Shown: in pieces, positions 1 through 12,131 of the stretch | Position numbering within the stretch: the first letter of the stretch is position 1 | Layout of the letters: every line of letters begins with the position of its first letter | Source of the DNA: Symbiopectobacterium sp. RP | Lineage (GTDB): Bacteria; Pseudomonadota; Gammaproteobacteria; Enterobacterales; Enterobacteriaceae | DNA length: 40,000 nt | Assembly (NCBI RefSeq): GCF_050472005.1 | Contig: NZ_JBGOGS010000001.1 | Coordinates: 1,279,935 to 1,319,934, forward strand | Reading direction: 5' to 3' | Translations under genes and position numbers: made by a program | Notes under the pieces: generated by a model | What the model was told of the DNA's origin: nothing | The model's input: the letters and a program-made list of their open reading frames with translations, nothing else | Database searches by the model: none

Positions 1-1036
1 CCTTTTGAGCAACCTTATTGTAAATTTCGTCAGACTGATTTTGCAGGTTTGATATGATGCTATCAAACTTTGATGCCAGCCTGTCGGAAACTGCCTGCTT
101 ATCCAGATCACCGCCAAACGAGGTGATCAACTCATCGGCGCGTTTCCCAAGCTCAGAGATGAATCGCTTATGCCCTTCATTGATTTCAGTGCCTGGAAGC
201 GTGGCAACTGCATTGTCTAGCGCCCTGACTGTGGGGTTTTTTGATACCATGCCGGGAGTGGTGTAATTCTCCATCCCCAGTTCACGTATGGCATTAATGG
301 CATTCTGGTCAGGGCTAACCTCTTGAGCAAAACCCTGCATTGCCCTCTGGTTTCCAATAATTCTATTACTCATTGCGCTGGATGCTTTATCAAGCGTAGC
401 GCTAGTAGAATCTCCACCTATGCCTGTGGCGGCGCGATACAGATCGCCAGCACCCTCTTTTATTTTCCCCGCGACCTTACCAACGGCAGGTCCAACAAGA
501 TCAGCTACAGGGCCAGCAACGGCACCCACTGCGGCACCAGTGGCAACATCATTGCCTGTCCCTTTCGCCACAATGCCACCCTCTGCCGCACCTAATCCAG
601 CAGCAGCCGCTAGCCTTGCAGCACGAGCAGGCGCTTGAGCTATCAGACCGCCACCGCCAAGAAATGGCGCAGCCTGTCCGACAAACTCACCAACATCCTG
701 TGAAGTAGATGGCTTGGCAGCCAGCTTCTGCTGAACCGACTTGATCGCCGCTTGTTCTTCTGGTGTCATGTCGTCAAACAAACCAACACCCTTGCCAACA
801 TCCATCAACCCGTTGATCACCCCAAACATAAAGCGGTCGAAGCCATTGGCGTTGTTAACCACATTTTCCTGTCTGGCGCTTTCCTCTGCCGATACCCCTG
901 GTGATGATGGCTGAGGTGAGTGAGCTCGCTGCCCTTGAGACTGGATCATCTGAGCAATCCTGGTCGCACCTTCCGTATCCCCTGCCGCGTCAGCGTTGCG
1001 TAACGCGGTCATAAGCTGTTCGCGGTCGTATGCCAC
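1..1036 (-). CDS. Ejection (internal virion) protein, P22 gp16 position; N-terminal part only, gene continues past window start
   Basis: By-eye translation found no stop on the minus strand from GTG at 1036 (overlaps the TAG of the upstream gene as TAGTG) to position 1. Gly/Ala-rich stretches. Last slot of the P22 order 26-14-7-20-16. Confidence 0.6.
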   Translation of the reverse strand, partial: MAYDREQLMTALRNADAAGDTEGATRIAQMIQSQGQRAHSPQPSSPGVSAEESARQENVVNNANGFDRFMFGVINGLMDVGKGVGLFDDMTPEEQAAIKSVQQKLAAKPSTSQDVGEFVGQAAPFLGGGGLIAQAPARAARLAAAAGLGAAEGGIVAKGTGNDVATGAAVGAVAGPVADLVGPAVGKVAGKIKEGAGDLYRAATGIGGDSTSATLDKASSAMSNRIIGNQRAMQGFAQEVSPDQNAINAIRELGMENYTTPGMVSKNPTVRALDNAVATLPGTEINEGHKRFISELGKRADELITSFGGDLDKQAVSDRLASKFDSIISNLQNQSDEIYNKVAQK

Positions 1037-2349
1037 TATCTGCCCCCGAGATATTTATTTACCAGATCATCATCTGACATCTGTGATTGCTGCTGATTGG
1101 GCTGCTGCACAGGGATATCCTTCCCATATTTTTGTTGCAGTCGCTTCTGAGCCATCTGCGTTGTGTCAATGATGGCCTTTATCGATGCGCGTGCCGATTT
1201 TTCAGACTGGCTTGCCGAAAGGTTTCCGATCGCGTCCATCACCTTTTGACCCTCAGCATTACTCAAGGCTCCAAGTCCACGCATTTGCTGAATTCCTGAC
1301 ATGAACCCCTGAGATTTGAGAGTGTCTACCAGAGCGCTAGTGTCTGCCGCGTCGGTACCGGGGATCCATCTGTTAGTGCCAGGTATTAGGTTGACGCCGA
1401 AATATCCTGTGAATCCGGGGCTGTCAAGAACCTTATTTGCCGTGTCAATGGTGCGAGTCATCGTATCCATGCTGGTATTGTATGCGTCGACCTTATCCGT
1501 CCTGGCCTGCCCAAGATCCCGTTGCGTTGCTGCTCGTTTATCTTGCAAAATTCCCAATTGCACCTGATTGGTTTCGTTTTGTATTTTCCTGTCCAGCGCT
1601 TTATCTTGTAGCTCCAACTTGCGCACTTTGACGTTTTGCTGAGCAATATCAACATTGGCCCAGCCTTGAGCCTCACCAACGCGATTGCTTCTCGCCGTTT
1701 CCGCCGCTTTATCCTGATCAACCGCCAGCTTGCCGCGGTCAATCTCTCGTCCTTGCAGTTTATCCAGGATGTCGAAATATTTATCACCGCTCCCGGCCAT
1801 ACCAAGAGTGTCAAACAGTTGCGCGGCACCCTGTGGGTCTTGTATCCCCATTTGCGCCAGAATGCCCGGATTAGCGCCAACACGAGACAACTCACCTGAG
1901 TTTTTTTGCAGATACTGAGCATATGCATCCGGACCCTGAGACAGTGCTAGCCGCAACTTTGCGGCCTGATTGGTCATATCGGAACGCTGACCAGCATCAA
2001 GGCCGGAAACAGCCTGCTGAGCCTGACCTATGAATGCCGGGTTCTGCACAGCGAAATCGCGCAATGCTGACGTGTCACCAGATTTCCATGCGTTGGCATG
2101 GGCCTGATTGAATGCGGCTTGCGTTTTCTGTAGCTGGTCTTGCTTGTAAGCATCAGACAGCCCTTGCAGCCCCTGTAATGCCTGCAAGCCGATATTGTTA
2201 CCGCCAGCGCGGGCAAAGTCGTTGTTCTGTCGAATCAGTCCTGGCGTTGCGTTAACATCACTGGCTTGTGGTGCATTGGTGTTTACCTGACCAACGCCAC
2301 CAAAAAAGCCGCCAGAGTTAATATTCTGCTGCCAAGTAGCCATGTTCAC
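1036..2349 (-). CDS. Ejection protein, P22 gp20 position (437 aa)
   Basis: Long ORF, Gln/Ala-rich, tightly packed after the gp7-slot gene. Called by synteny with the P22 late operon. Confidence 0.65.
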   Translation of the reverse strand: MNMATWQQNINSGGFFGGVGQVNTNAPQASDVNATPGLIRQNNDFARAGGNNIGLQALQGLQGLSDAYKQDQLQKTQAAFNQAHANAWKSGDTSALRDFAVQNPAFIGQAQQAVSGLDAGQRSDMTNQAAKLRLALSQGPDAYAQYLQKNSGELSRVGANPGILAQMGIQDPQGAAQLFDTLGMAGSGDKYFDILDKLQGREIDRGKLAVDQDKAAETARSNRVGEAQGWANVDIAQQNVKVRKLELQDKALDRKIQNETNQVQLGILQDKRAATQRDLGQARTDKVDAYNTSMDTMTRTIDTANKVLDSPGFTGYFGVNLIPGTNRWIPGTDAADTSALVDTLKSQGFMSGIQQMRGLGALSNAEGQKVMDAIGNLSASQSEKSARASIKAIIDTTQMAQKRLQQKYGKDIPVQQPNQQQSQMSDDDLVNKYLGGR

Positions 2350-2352
2350 ACC

Positions 2353-2988
2353 TTAAAATAGCGAGCCTAGAATTCCGATACCTGCACCGATACCAGCCCC
2401 CCACGGCGTAGACATGCCCAGAGCACTAGCAATGCCGCCGCCAGCAAGAGCACCACCAAATCCACCAGAAATGCTCTGCTGTAGCGCCGATGGCCTATTA
2501 GCGTTGGCCGCGGCGAGCGCCGCGTTCTGCTGCAATAACTGCCCAGTGTTGTTGGTGTAGGTTTGACCTGCGTTGGCTTGCCCTTGCAATGCTCCCAATC
2601 CGATGTTTGCCAAATTGTTCGCATTATTCATCTGGCCGGATAGCCAGTTCTGTCCTAGCGTGGGAGCGATGGACGACAACTGGTTTCCCGTTGCAGTAGA
2701 GCCTAGTCCGCCTGTAGCTTGTGCCGAGCGTAAAATCTGGTTACGCGCCTGGTCTGCCAAGCCCTGATATTGTGCGGAGTTGTAATACTCATTCAGCGCT
2801 TTGTTCTGACCGTCAAGGGATGAGTAATCCTGCAACTGAGTGACGTACTGCTGTGCTAATGGCGTAAAAGGCGAAAGATTATTCATCACCGTCTGCCATT
2901 GCTCTCTTTGTAATTCTGTGGCTCTGTTCGTGGCGTCAGCTTGTGCCGCCGCACCATTATTTTTACTTCCGCCTTTACCGCCGCCCAT
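2353..2988 (-). CDS. Ejection protein, P22 gp7 position (211 aa)
   Basis: Gly/Asn/Gln/Ala-rich low-complexity protein with a hydrophobic Gly-rich C-terminus (GGALAGGGIASALG...GAGIGILGSLF). Called by synteny. Confidence 0.6.
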   Translation of the reverse strand: MGGGKGGSKNNGAAAQADATNRATELQREQWQTVMNNLSPFTPLAQQYVTQLQDYSSLDGQNKALNEYYNSAQYQGLADQARNQILRSAQATGGLGSTATGNQLSSIAPTLGQNWLSGQMNNANNLANIGLGALQGQANAGQTYTNNTGQLLQQNAALAAANANRPSALQQSISGGFGGALAGGGIASALGMSTPWGAGIGAGIGILGSLF

Positions 2989-3421
2989 AGCCTAGCTCCT
3001 CGCGTGTTGCTGAATAGATCGTTACGTCAGTTGTGCCGTCAAGGAATTTGGGGATTACTCCCCGGCGCTTTAACCCGATTGACGCACAGTAAAACTTGCC
3101 TTTTCTGAACTTGTCAGAGGCCATAGACAGGACGCACTCAGCATCGTAGTAGGTGAAAAAGTATTGCCAGAAGGCCAGTCCGATATCTTTACTGAACCCG
3201 CGCATATGCTCTAAAAACATGGCGTGACACTCGTACGATTCAGGCTGAACCTCGATAGCCCGAACGATCCCGGCGAAGTTGTGATACACGCCGACTTCGA
3301 AATAAAGCTCGTTAGGGTTGTATGAAAAATGGTTTCCGTTGGCTGTTCCGGCCTGAATATCAGGCTCATTAGCCACCGTCTCGATAACATCAATGTTACG
3401 GGTGGGAGTGAAGCTAATCAT
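2975..3421 (-). CDS. Hypothetical virion-associated protein in the gp14 slot (148 aa)
   Basis: ORF between the tail needle and gp7-slot genes with overlapping ends. Sequence family not recognised by me. Confidence 0.4.
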   Translation of the reverse strand: MISFTPTRNIDVIETVANEPDIQAGTANGNHFSYNPNELYFEVGVYHNFAGIVRAIEVQPESYECHAMFLEHMRGFSKDIGLAFWQYFFTYYDAECVLSMASDKFRKGKFYCASIGLKRRGVIPKFLDGTTDVTIYSATREELGYGRR

Positions 3422-3430
3422 GGGGAAACC

Positions 3431-4132
3431 TCAGTTAATCAGGCCGTGCGCGCGTAAAGCATCTTCAAGCGCCTTTGTGCGCTGACGAGCTTCAACGAGG
3501 CCAGCAGCCAGCGCCTGAATATCTGCCTGCGAACAGGTTGCACCTGCTGCATATGACTGGTCAGCGTTGAATGCGCCGAGAAATGCTGTGCCGGCTGCTG
3601 CCGTCCATCCGGTTTGCTGCGGGCCTAATACTTTGGTGCCGTTGACAGAGTAGGATGCAGCCACGTTTAGCGGGCTGGCGAGAGATTGGGGCGCGGTGGC
3701 AGACCTGGATGCATAATCAGTCTGGATAGCTGCTACGCTGGTTTGCAGAGTTGTGATGTTGCCCTCTGCTGCCGTCATTCTCGTCTGAAGGGGGGTTATA
3801 GCCCCCTCGGCGCTAGTTACTCTGACATCCAGAGCGGCGATCGAATTGGTGTTGGCTGTTATTCGAATCTCATGTCCATCAACATCAATGCGCAATTGCG
3901 CAATCCGGCCCTCGTGGTCGGCAAGTGTCACGTTCTGAGCATCATTCACAACCTGAGCGTTATATGCGCCATCGGCGGCCTGATTTGCCTTACCTGCAAC
4001 CTGAGTGAAGTCCATCGCCTGGCTAAGCACGTATTGCTGATATGCCGGGGAGAACCCGACCGGAAGAGATACAGCCTTGATACTGACAGCACGAACTTTC
4101 ACAGGCGTGTTTAGTGAGTCATCAGCCATCAC
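3431..4132 (-). CDS. Tail needle protein, P22 gp26 homolog (233 aa)
   Basis: Same length as P22 gp26. Shared strings as recalled: LADHE.RI.QLRIDVD.HE.RITANT, SQSLASPLNV, YSV.G.KV.G, QTGWTAA.GTA, ALEDALRAHGLI. Confidence 0.9.
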   Translation of the reverse strand: MMADDSLNTPVKVRAVSIKAVSLPVGFSPAYQQYVLSQAMDFTQVAGKANQAADGAYNAQVVNDAQNVTLADHEGRIAQLRIDVDGHEIRITANTNSIAALDVRVTSAEGAITPLQTRMTAAEGNITTLQTSVAAIQTDYASRSATAPQSLASPLNVAASYSVNGTKVLGPQQTGWTAAAGTAFLGAFNADQSYAAGATCSQADIQALAAGLVEARQRTKALEDALRAHGLIN

Positions 4133-5547
4133 TCAACCCTCACTTGTAGCCCTGATAGGGTTACCGGGCTTTTAGTAATAATTCTGAACTTGAAGCCGAT
4201 GTTTTTGCGCACACGCCCAATCCGACGCCATAGCGCCCTCTGGTCATAGCGGAACGGTGCATTCCACGGCACCATTTGTTCCCTGCCGTAGTTGATGCCA
4301 TCAGTGGTGGTAGAGATAAACAGCCGTTCAGCGAATTGAGCAACGCCCGTCGATACTTCAAGCTCGAGGTCGAACAGTCTCGCGTTGTCCGCCTTGATGA
4401 GCGGGGAATAGAGCAAGTGCTCCTGTTGTTTGTCATATTGGGCAGACGATGCAAAATTAAGCTGTCCGGTCACAGATTCCAGCTTGTCACCGCATGTGAT
4501 AGCGCCGCCTTCGTAGAAGAAATCAATCCCACGGTACACGTCATCAAACAGGCCCGTTTTCAGGATGGCCCACTGTGGACCGCTCTCGCTCACCGACGAA
4601 TCAAACACCAGCACATGACGTGGCAGGTGGATAATCAGCAGTTCGTGAGAGTCGAAACGCAATGACTCCATGACGCCAGTTGATAGCTCAGCGTTAGTGT
4701 ATTCGCGTAGCGTTTTCTCAGTCGTTGCTGATGCGATGGGTTTGGCCTGACCAGAGTCAATCAGGTAGACAGACGGTGCGCCTGTTGCCGGGTTGCTGAT
4801 AATGGCGAATGCGTCCATAAACGGGCACTTGCAAAACGTCCCAGCTATCCCTTTTGTGACCATGTACGCCGGGTTAGCGATGTATACCGCCTGACCCGCA
4901 CCAGAGTTACCCGTCAGAGAAAAATACTCAGTCGTGGTTGTGCCGAAGCACACAACCATATCACGCCATGAACCAACACCAATAATGCCGTCTGGTTGTG
5001 ACTCCGCACGGTATTCAGCACGGTATTTATCGGGAAAAGCCTCATCATCCAAATCAGAGATGAAAAACGAATCAGTCCCATCTTTCGACCACACGTAGTT
5101 ACCGCGTGACCAGCAGATATCACGCGATGAGCCCAGCTGATACTGCGTGGTGCCACTCGATACAGGCCAGTTAGCAACAGTTTTCACCGTGCCATCGTAG
5201 CCATATTGCACAACCTGACCGCCGACGATCACCGCCTGAGAGTTGCGGCTATGCGCCATCGGCACACGACCAGAGCCAGACAACGAACCAACCACCGACG
5301 CGCCACGATACAGACTACCTCCACAAACGCGATATACGGCATTCTGAGCAGTGTTGAACATTGCGCCACGCGATATACCTGCAACATCCGATCGCTTGTC
5401 TATGCCGGGGAATGAGCGCAAATATCCGCTGCTGTTCAGCACTTGCCTGGGTGTCGCCAACATATTGACCGGAAGCAGATCAACATAGTCAGCGTCCCGG
5501 AAGTTTTTTCCAACGCCCTTAATCAGGGGAAGTTGTTGTATCGGCAT
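4129..5547 (-). CDS. Tail hub / head-completion protein, P22 gp10 homolog (472 aa)
   Basis: Same length as P22 gp10. Sits between the gp4 and gp26 homologs, with an ATGA-type overlap with the needle gene. Confidence 0.85.
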   Translation of the reverse strand: MPIQQLPLIKGVGKNFRDADYVDLLPVNMLATPRQVLNSSGYLRSFPGIDKRSDVAGISRGAMFNTAQNAVYRVCGGSLYRGASVVGSLSGSGRVPMAHSRNSQAVIVGGQVVQYGYDGTVKTVANWPVSSGTTQYQLGSSRDICWSRGNYVWSKDGTDSFFISDLDDEAFPDKYRAEYRAESQPDGIIGVGSWRDMVVCFGTTTTEYFSLTGNSGAGQAVYIANPAYMVTKGIAGTFCKCPFMDAFAIISNPATGAPSVYLIDSGQAKPIASATTEKTLREYTNAELSTGVMESLRFDSHELLIIHLPRHVLVFDSSVSESGPQWAILKTGLFDDVYRGIDFFYEGGAITCGDKLESVTGQLNFASSAQYDKQQEHLLYSPLIKADNARLFDLELEVSTGVAQFAERLFISTTTDGINYGREQMVPWNAPFRYDQRALWRRIGRVRKNIGFKFRIITKSPVTLSGLQVRVE

Positions 5548-6013
5548 CTGGCTTCTCTCCGGGGAAGTAATGCCAGCCGTTCAGCGTGGCAGGACTGTTG
5601 CCGCTGCCAATCGGCATCCGGCTGGGGTAAGGCGCTCGCCTGGAGCGCTCAATCGCGGTCTGCTTATAGAGCAATTCTTTGCCGTATTTCGCGGTGGCGA
5701 TGATTTTCGCGGTAGCTTCGAGTGAGTAGTCAGGAGCAATTCGGCAAGCCAGGTTGTGGTATACGGCACTGACAGCGCCAGAGCGTAATCCGTGGTCGTC
5801 ACCTTCCGCTGGCAGGTTATTCATGTCGGCAAACTCATAGCCGGTGATAATTCCCTTACCGTCCTGATACCACTCAGCCATCATTGTTTCGAGGTCGTCT
5901 ACCGCATCCTGCATTGACTGCGGTTCGACATCGATCAGGGTGGCATTGGAGGCAATAGCCAGCCTACGCAACGCAGCCCTAACCAAATCACCTTTAGTTG
6001 CTATCAGCATCAC
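5519..6013 (-). CDS. Tail adaptor / head-completion protein, P22 gp4 homolog (164 aa)
   Basis: Near-identical strings to P22 gp4 as recalled: [92 protein letters not shown]. Confidence 0.9.
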   Translation of the reverse strand: MMLIATKGDLVRAALRRLAIASNATLIDVEPQSMQDAVDDLETMMAEWYQDGKGIITGYEFADMNNLPAEGDDHGLRSGAVSAVYHNLACRIAPDYSLEATAKIIATAKYGKELLYKQTAIERSRRAPYPSRMPIGSGNSPATLNGWHYFPGEKPDADTTTSPD

Positions 6014-6203
6014 TCACCGCCTTGGGCTTTGTCCCCGGCTTCTTGCGTTGAACAGGCTCAGGAGAATCAAACAGCTTACCCGGATGGTCTAGCCAGCCAT
6101 CAGCCAGATATTCTTCCAGGTCAGCCTCATCAATGACGATAACGTGAGCCGTAGTGTTCCAGACTTTCGTTTTTCCGCCCGGCTTATAAATCATCTGTGA
6201 CAT
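5994..6203 (-). CDS. Small hypothetical protein (69 aa) between the coat and gp4 genes
   Basis: ATG at 6203 preceded by GAGGTG. The listed 116-aa ORF extends upstream over the coat gene 3' end and a hairpin, so the internal start is preferred. Product [15 protein letters not shown]... Confidence 0.5.
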   Translation of the reverse strand: MSQMIYKPGGKTKVWNTTAHVIVIDEADLEEYLADGWLDHPGKLFDSPEPVQRKKPGTKPKAVSDADSN

Positions 6204-6211
6204 GCGCACCT

Positions 6212-6236
6212 CAAAATAAAGGGGACGAAGCCCCTG
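6212..6236 (-). terminator. Hairpin plus T-run just after the coat gene (partial terminator/attenuator)
   Basis: Minus strand reads AGGGGCTTCGTCCCCT followed by TTATTTTGA, starting 5 nt after the coat stop (6241-6243). Confidence 0.5.
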
Positions 6237-6240
6237 TTTG

Positions 6241-7524
6241 TTATGCCTGATTAGCCAACCCAACACCGATTGCCTCGGGGCGAACCGCACATGCCGAGTA
6301 CCACAACGCGATGCGGCATTTACCGGACAGGGTGCTGATATCACCCTGATAGGCTACAACGCCGTTCAGCCCCACATTCGGGATTGAGAAGCTCTGGGTT
6401 TTCATGCCAGAGAACAATTCGTGATTGATGGGGATCGGCTGTGATACAAGGCGGATAGAGTCATCAGCCCAGAACACGTTGGATTGCGCAGTGGTGGTGT
6501 TCAGAATGTTCACCGCCATAGTGTCGGCCAATGAGGTGTTTACGTTGGCGTATGCGCGTTCTTCCGGCAGCAATGCTGTGTCATCCAGAGCAATAGGCTT
6601 TGGTGTGATGGTGACTTGAGCGCCGTTAACAGCTACAACAGAAAAGGTTGCATCCTGTGTCAGCAGGTTTTTAGCCATCTGAGAAAGGTACTTGACGCCA
6701 GCAAACGAAATTTTGTCGCCGCGTTTCAGTCCCGTTCCAGAACTTAACGCCACTGTTGCCGTGCGGTTGTCCACGTTTTCACGGTTACCGTCAGCGTCAG
6801 CAACCCATGCTTGCGGCTTGAATTTCTGTGCGCCGGATACCGTGATACCCGTTGCCGTAGAGGCTAACAGCGTTGGCATTTTGGGTGAACGAAGCACCTC
6901 ATTAAACCCGGCGACCTGTTTCTGAATCGTGCCAGATTTATATGCCTCCTCTGGAATGCGGCCGTAGAAGTCTTTACCCACCAATTCCTGACCCGCACCG
7001 CGATAATCGGTAGGGTTGAAGAAGAATGACAGGCCAGCACTGCGATTCAATTCGCGAGAGAAGACAAGCGCCTCTGCCTCGGAAATGAAATCCCATCCTG
7101 TTTTAGCGGAACCAATCGGAGACGTGCTAGCAACTAACAGAGAGCCCATTTCAACCGCCTGTTTTGCGATAGCGTTCTCAACGTTATTAGCCAGTTTCTG
7201 ACCAGATGCAGCAGCACGGCGGCGTATTGACCGTTCATCACGCAAATCATCAGCACGCAGAGTAAAAAAGTCGTTATCCGGCACGCCCATGTTGCACTTG
7301 ACTAACAACTCCAACATACCTGTAGCCTGACCAGTCAAATCCCACCCCTGTTGAGTCGGCGCTTCCTGTTCCAGAGGCATCCATACGGTGTTTTGCGAAC
7401 GTTGCATATCGCCAGCGGGTGGAGTGTATTTACCGACGCGCTGAGCCATCGGTGTGATATTTTCCACGGTTTCGATGATTTCATCGACCATGTAGGTAAT
7501 TACCTGACCTTCGTTCAAAGCCAT
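6241..7524 (-). CDS. Major capsid (coat) protein, P22 gp5 position (427 aa)
   Basis: Length is close to P22 gp5 (430 aa). Directly follows the scaffold gene with an ATGA overlap. Highly expressed-type codon usage. Confidence 0.85.
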   Translation of the reverse strand: MALNEGQVITYMVDEIIETVENITPMAQRVGKYTPPAGDMQRSQNTVWMPLEQEAPTQQGWDLTGQATGMLELLVKCNMGVPDNDFFTLRADDLRDERSIRRRAAASGQKLANNVENAIAKQAVEMGSLLVASTSPIGSAKTGWDFISEAEALVFSRELNRSAGLSFFFNPTDYRGAGQELVGKDFYGRIPEEAYKSGTIQKQVAGFNEVLRSPKMPTLLASTATGITVSGAQKFKPQAWVADADGNRENVDNRTATVALSSGTGLKRGDKISFAGVKYLSQMAKNLLTQDATFSVVAVNGAQVTITPKPIALDDTALLPEERAYANVNTSLADTMAVNILNTTTAQSNVFWADDSIRLVSQPIPINHELFSGMKTQSFSIPNVGLNGVVAYQGDISTLSGKCRIALWYSACAVRPEAIGVGLANQA

Positions 7525-8435
7525 TATCGTGATCCTTTATTAAGTTTTGCCTTGAGTGCGCGATAGGCTTCCGTGTCACCTTTGCTTGCTGCCGCTTCCA
7601 TCTGTCTGCGAATGGCGTCGGTGTTAGCCGCCATCACATCACCTGCAATGGATTGGTCAGCCGGGGGCGCGGAGGAAACCTGAGTCCCGCGAGGCTTGAG
7701 AGTTAATTGCTCAGATAGTCGAGTGAGTTCGATGAGTGCGCGTTGACCGTCAAGCGCCAGGATTCGGCGTAATTTCTCTGGGTTTGCGCCCAGGTGATAC
7801 ATGATGGCCGCCGACTTTTCAGGAAAGAGATCCATAATGGTAGTGTCCACGCCTGCCGGGACTAACTGCCGGAACGCATCTTCTTTCTCCTGATAGTCGG
7901 GAAGATTGAGTTTCTCTGCCGAATCGTAGTGCTTACGCGCCGCTTCAACGTATTGCGCTGATTGCTGGGTGAATGCTTGAGTTTTTCGCCCTTGCTCCGC
8001 TACTGCGTTGCTACGAGCGTCCATCGCCTTGATTTGCCAGTCAGACTGAGCGGCCTGGAATGCCGCCAGCGCTCGACCCTGATCAAAGCCGTACTTCTCC
8101 ATTGCAGCATCAGACAGATAATCATTAATGTCTGGCTGAGGCGGTAACTCAGGATTAACCCGCAAATTCTCCGGCACCTCGCCACGTTGAACCGCCTGCA
8201 TCTGCTGTTCAATCTCACGCTGCCGCTTACGCTCAAGGCGTTTAGCTGCAAACCTGGCATTGGTTTCCGGGTCTTGTTTCGGTTTTGTCTCATCGTCTTT
8301 CAGGACAATCTCAAAGCCTGCATCCTGCGACTGTGCGTCGTTGGCATTTGGCGCTGTATCGACTGCGGTTGCCGCCGCATTATCGACGTGCAGGGGTTGG
8401 CCTTCAGTTTCCTGAATTTCGGTGGTATCGGTCAT
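7524..8435 (-). CDS. Scaffolding protein, P22 gp8 homolog (303 aa)
   Basis: Same length as P22 gp8. Acidic, Ala/Gln/Glu-rich helical protein between the portal and coat genes. Confidence 0.85.
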   Translation of the reverse strand: MTDTTEIQETEGQPLHVDNAAATAVDTAPNANDAQSQDAGFEIVLKDDETKPKQDPETNARFAAKRLERKRQREIEQQMQAVQRGEVPENLRVNPELPPQPDINDYLSDAAMEKYGFDQGRALAAFQAAQSDWQIKAMDARSNAVAEQGRKTQAFTQQSAQYVEAARKHYDSAEKLNLPDYQEKEDAFRQLVPAGVDTTIMDLFPEKSAAIMYHLGANPEKLRRILALDGQRALIELTRLSEQLTLKPRGTQVSSAPPADQSIAGDVMAANTDAIRRQMEAAASKGDTEAYRALKAKLNKGSR

Positions 8436-8448
8436 GATTAACTCTCTC

Positions 8449-10626
8449 TTATTGAGGTGATTTCTCGGCTACGCTGCCGGAAGGTGTATTTTGTCTCTGC
8501 GATTGCAGGTGATTGGCCACGTCCAGCCTCTGCTTGTGCTGCTGGTCTGTGCCTTTAAGAAGCAATTCAGCGTTGGCGCGAGCGTCATCGCTGTTCTGTT
8601 GTTGGAATTTACCCATGAGAGACAGGAACTCACGGAATGCGGCTTGCTTATCCAGGTCCATGTTGTTGAAGATTTCAGCAACCCTGGCGGCGTTAAGCTG
8701 GTTCTGGCCTTCGACCTTCGCTGCATCAACCTGGATTTGCATCTGTTGGTTCTGCGCTTTGAGCAATTCAGCCTGACCTTGCAGGTATACGCCCTGAGCC
8801 TGCATTTGTTCAGCTGATGGCTCTTGCGGTTGTTGTTGCGCTTCCTTGACCATCTGTTGCTCTTCTGGTGTCTCTGGCTGTTTCAGGCCCATCATTACCA
8901 ACTGTTTGTTTGCATACTCGCGCATTATCTCGACGCCTTTCCCGTCAAGTAGCGTGAAATATTGCAGCAGCAACATCTGGAACTCTGGTGTGCCTTGCGG
9001 CACAGAAGAAAGTAACGCCTGAATCTCCTTCCGGTTCTGCTCCTTCATTGACTGGAAGGAGGGGCCAACATCCGTGTACGTCTCGTAACGTCCGCGAACA
9101 TCATTGAGTGTGATGACCTGACCAGATTGATAGTCAACAACCTGAGACATCAGTTGAACGTCTTTCTCGCTGCCATCCTCCAGCGTCATTGATACTGATC
9201 GCGGTACGTCATAGATATCGTTGACGATGGATGAATATATCTCCCCGTCTCGCCGCATCGCTGTAGCCAAATTGTCGAGAAAAACATACGTTTCAAGATC
9301 GGCGCGCTGGTTTAGCTGATTGACCGTATCGAATGCCACTTGTCCATTAGCCGCTTGCTCATCCACACCGAGGCTAGCGACCTCTTTCACTGAATTAGTC
9401 GCAGCTTCCAGCATGTAGGCGTTGGCCTGCGGAACCTCTGGGTTTTCCATGTATGCGATGGGCTGTACGGGTAACTCACCGTTACTCTCGTCAGTGCGGT
9501 TCATCAGATAGTACGGGTAGTCATCATTACCGCCGTACATGTATTCGTAGCCTGCGATTTGCTCCGGCCAGAATATCGGTTTCTTTTTCGGTGTCCGGGC
9601 TACGATATCGGCGTTAAACGACATAATCATGTTGCGCAGGCGCTGACCATCCTTTGTCAGTCTGACAACTCCCTCGTAAACTTCTTTATCGCCGACGAAT
9701 CCCCACTCACCGAATACCGGAACAATCGGGATATGTTCACCCGCTTTTAGTTCCCGGTCTTTCAGTATTTCCGTAAGCGTCAGAAGGGTTTTGTACACAC
9801 GGCGACGCTTGACGTTACGCTCACCGATTTTAACCATGCCGCGCTCGGACAGTTCGTCGATAACATCCTTGATATCGCGCTTGAAATAGCTTACTGGTTC
9901 GCCTGTCAGTGGGTCTTGATAGATGAATACTGTTTCCTTCTTTTCCTCTACCTCGTAGTGTTCACCGACATAGAAGACCGATTTAGTTATCCATGGAAAC
10001 AGGTAATGGCTATCCGGCGACTGGAATGTCGGCATGTTCTCAGCATCCAGCCCGTGCTCTTCTGCAAACGCTTTCCACCCATCCTGACTCATCGCACAAA
10101 TTACCGTGCAATGTTTGGCGTCAGATTTGTCCATTTGTTTGCTGTTGCAGTCCCAAACCACATGAGAGCACGCCTCATGAATGGGAACGCGGCGGATAAT
10201 CTGATTATTGCTCGTCGGGTCCTGGTCTTCGTGCTCTGTGACGATACGCCACGCCCCTACGCCCGCCTCAATTTGCTCACGCACGGCAATGTTGACGCTG
10301 ATTTTCGCGGTGTTATGCCGCATATCGGTGCGATACATCCCCATCAGAATGTCGGCGGCGTCAGAGCTAGCATTGTCTTTCGGCTTGAACAGCACATCAA
10401 TTGGGTTCTGTCGCATTTCTGCAACGAGTTTACGCACAACGGGGCGAACAACATCAAATTGCCCGCGATATTGCAATGTCGTGTATTGACTTAGCCAGTC
10501 ATCCCACTGCGACACTCGACTAAAGAACAGATCGTTTGTCGCCTCGTTTCTGGCCTCTTTGCTGTAACACCAGTCCCTGTCAAATTGACAGAGAATGTCA
10601 TTCAGCCGGGTATTGTTATCGGCCAT
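8449..10626 (-). CDS. Portal protein, P22 gp1 homolog (725 aa)
   Basis: Same length as P22 gp1, with long identical runs as recalled: [92 protein letters not shown]. Confidence 0.97.
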   Translation of the reverse strand: MADNNTRLNDILCQFDRDWCYSKEARNEATNDLFFSRVSQWDDWLSQYTTLQYRGQFDVVRPVVRKLVAEMRQNPIDVLFKPKDNASSDAADILMGMYRTDMRHNTAKISVNIAVREQIEAGVGAWRIVTEHEDQDPTSNNQIIRRVPIHEACSHVVWDCNSKQMDKSDAKHCTVICAMSQDGWKAFAEEHGLDAENMPTFQSPDSHYLFPWITKSVFYVGEHYEVEEKKETVFIYQDPLTGEPVSYFKRDIKDVIDELSERGMVKIGERNVKRRRVYKTLLTLTEILKDRELKAGEHIPIVPVFGEWGFVGDKEVYEGVVRLTKDGQRLRNMIMSFNADIVARTPKKKPIFWPEQIAGYEYMYGGNDDYPYYLMNRTDESNGELPVQPIAYMENPEVPQANAYMLEAATNSVKEVASLGVDEQAANGQVAFDTVNQLNQRADLETYVFLDNLATAMRRDGEIYSSIVNDIYDVPRSVSMTLEDGSEKDVQLMSQVVDYQSGQVITLNDVRGRYETYTDVGPSFQSMKEQNRKEIQALLSSVPQGTPEFQMLLLQYFTLLDGKGVEIMREYANKQLVMMGLKQPETPEEQQMVKEAQQQPQEPSAEQMQAQGVYLQGQAELLKAQNQQMQIQVDAAKVEGQNQLNAARVAEIFNNMDLDKQAAFREFLSLMGKFQQQNSDDARANAELLLKGTDQQHKQRLDVANHLQSQRQNTPSGSVAEKSPQ

Positions 10627-12131
10627 TACCTACTCCGTGGGATTGGTTTGATTGGTGCGGGGATTTTCTTCTCTTTCGGCTGCTTGATGTCGCGCATCAG
10701 CCTGGCAAAGCGACGCATCATGTAGCCGTAGCGAACGGCAGACAGAACGTCATCGTTAATCTTGACTATCTTTCCATTTTCATCGCGGTGATAGAGGCGG
10801 AACTCTTCAAAGAATGGCTCGCAGGTATTGAACACTTTGAACCTACCATCGAGCATCATGTCACGCAGTTCAGTGATTCCTGGCTCAACGGCGTTACCAC
10901 CATCGGGCCACGTTGCATGCTCAGGCAGCATCATGAAACCGGCATCAGCATATTGAGCTTTAAGTTGCTCACCGCCGCCCTTCTCATGCTGATTGCCATC
11001 GTGAGGCCACGCCGTGGGAATTTTACTTGCCCATGATTTGACAGCGCCCCATGCCTGAACCGCTGTTTTCTCTTTGTCTTTCCACACGCGAGCGACATAT
11101 ATTGTGTCCGCGTCCTTGTCCCACCAGAGTTGAATCTGTGCTTGCGGGTGATCCCATCCGAAATCCATCGCGTCGATAACATAGAAATGATCAGGGCATC
11201 CAAACGGCTGGCACTTAATCGTCTCTTCCGGTATCTGGAAGATGCGACCGCTACCCATCGTCGGGATGCCACGCGCACGAGCTTCACGCTCATGCTCTGG
11301 ATAGCCAGCAATGATTTGCTCTCGCAGCTCATCAGAATAATGTTCAGCGTCATAAATGGTCATGTTGACCACCTTCTGCGCCTTGCTGGGATTTTTGAGG
11401 AACTTGATTACAACGTCAGACATACCCATCAAGGGGGTGAATGTCAGGATTGAGAATTGCCCGTGCTTGTTAGTTCGCGTGAGACCTTCGCCATAAATGC
11501 CATACGGCGGCTCTTCGTCGAACCACACCCCATGGATGGTGTCACCTTGCCAACGGGTGCGACCTTGTGAGTACGGCTTGAAGTAGCAGATAGACATGCC
11601 ATCTTCAACACCATCGGCAGTGTGGTGCCTGACAAGCAGGTGATCGACAAGGTTCGGGAAGAAGGGTGACTTCTTCCAACCAATGATGTCCTCTTTCGGG
11701 ATTGATCCGTAGCCGGGTTCATCATTCTCTTCGATACGACCACACAGAATGCGCTGTGTGGTCTTCGTTACTGTCTCGTTAGTCTCACCACCGACCCAGA
11801 ACATAACCGGCTCATAGAAGCGCTTACCTTTCCAGTCCTCGCCGTATTTACCGTCATCTGGATATCCTTTAGTGCCGGGATAGCGCCCGGTGAGATGAAA
11901 GGCCACCTCAGCACCACCGGTATAAGATTTACCCAACTGGTTGCCAGCCATAAAGCATCGCTCGGGGTAATCATGCCCTGCGTCGATAAATTCTCTTTGC
12001 CTGCTGTATGGAGTGAACCCGTAAAGCAGGTGGGTTTTGCGGTAGTTCTCTTCTTCTTCCAGTAATTCGAGCAATTCTATCTGCTCGTCTTCTGTTAGCT
12101 CATCGATATCAATCGTCGCTGCGTTTGCCAC
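10626..12131 (-). CDS. Terminase large subunit, P22 gp2 homolog (501 aa)
   Basis: Walker A-like MAGNQLGKS. Length is close to P22 gp2 (499 aa). Sits between the terS and portal genes, with overlapping starts and stops. Confidence 0.93.
   Translation of the reverse strand: MANAATIDIDELTEDEQIELLELLEEEENYRKTHLLYGFTPYSRQREFIDAGHDYPERCFMAGNQLGKSYTGGAEVAFHLTGRYPGTKGYPDDGKYGEDWKGKRFYEPVMFWVGGETNETVTKTTQRILCGRIEENDEPGYGSIPKEDIIGWKKSPFFPNLVDHLLVRHHTADGVEDGMSICYFKPYSQGRTRWQGDTIHGVWFDEEPPYGIYGEGLTRTNKHGQFSILTFTPLMGMSDVVIKFLKNPSKAQKVVNMTIYDAEHYSDELREQIIAGYPEHEREARARGIPTMGSGRIFQIPEETIKCQPFGCPDHFYVIDAMDFGWDHPQAQIQLWWDKDADTIYVARVWKDKEKTAVQAWGAVKSWASKIPTAWPHDGNQHEKGGGEQLKAQYADAGFMMLPEHATWPDGGNAVEPGITELRDMMLDGRFKVFNTCEPFFEEFRLYHRDENGKIVKINDDVLSAVRYGYMMRRFARLMRDIKQPKEKKIPAPIKPIPRSR

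Noticed and set aside
54-638. Plus-strand ORFs of 70-90 aa (54-266, 323-595, 420-638)
   Set aside because: They lie antisense within the long open minus-strand frame of the gp16-slot gene. They have Ala/Pro/Ser-rich mirror-frame composition and no SDs.
9916-10494. 192-aa plus-strand ORF, plus neighbours at 10208-10489 and 10536-11036
   Set aside because: They are antisense to the strongly supported portal and terminase genes. They are shadow ORFs.
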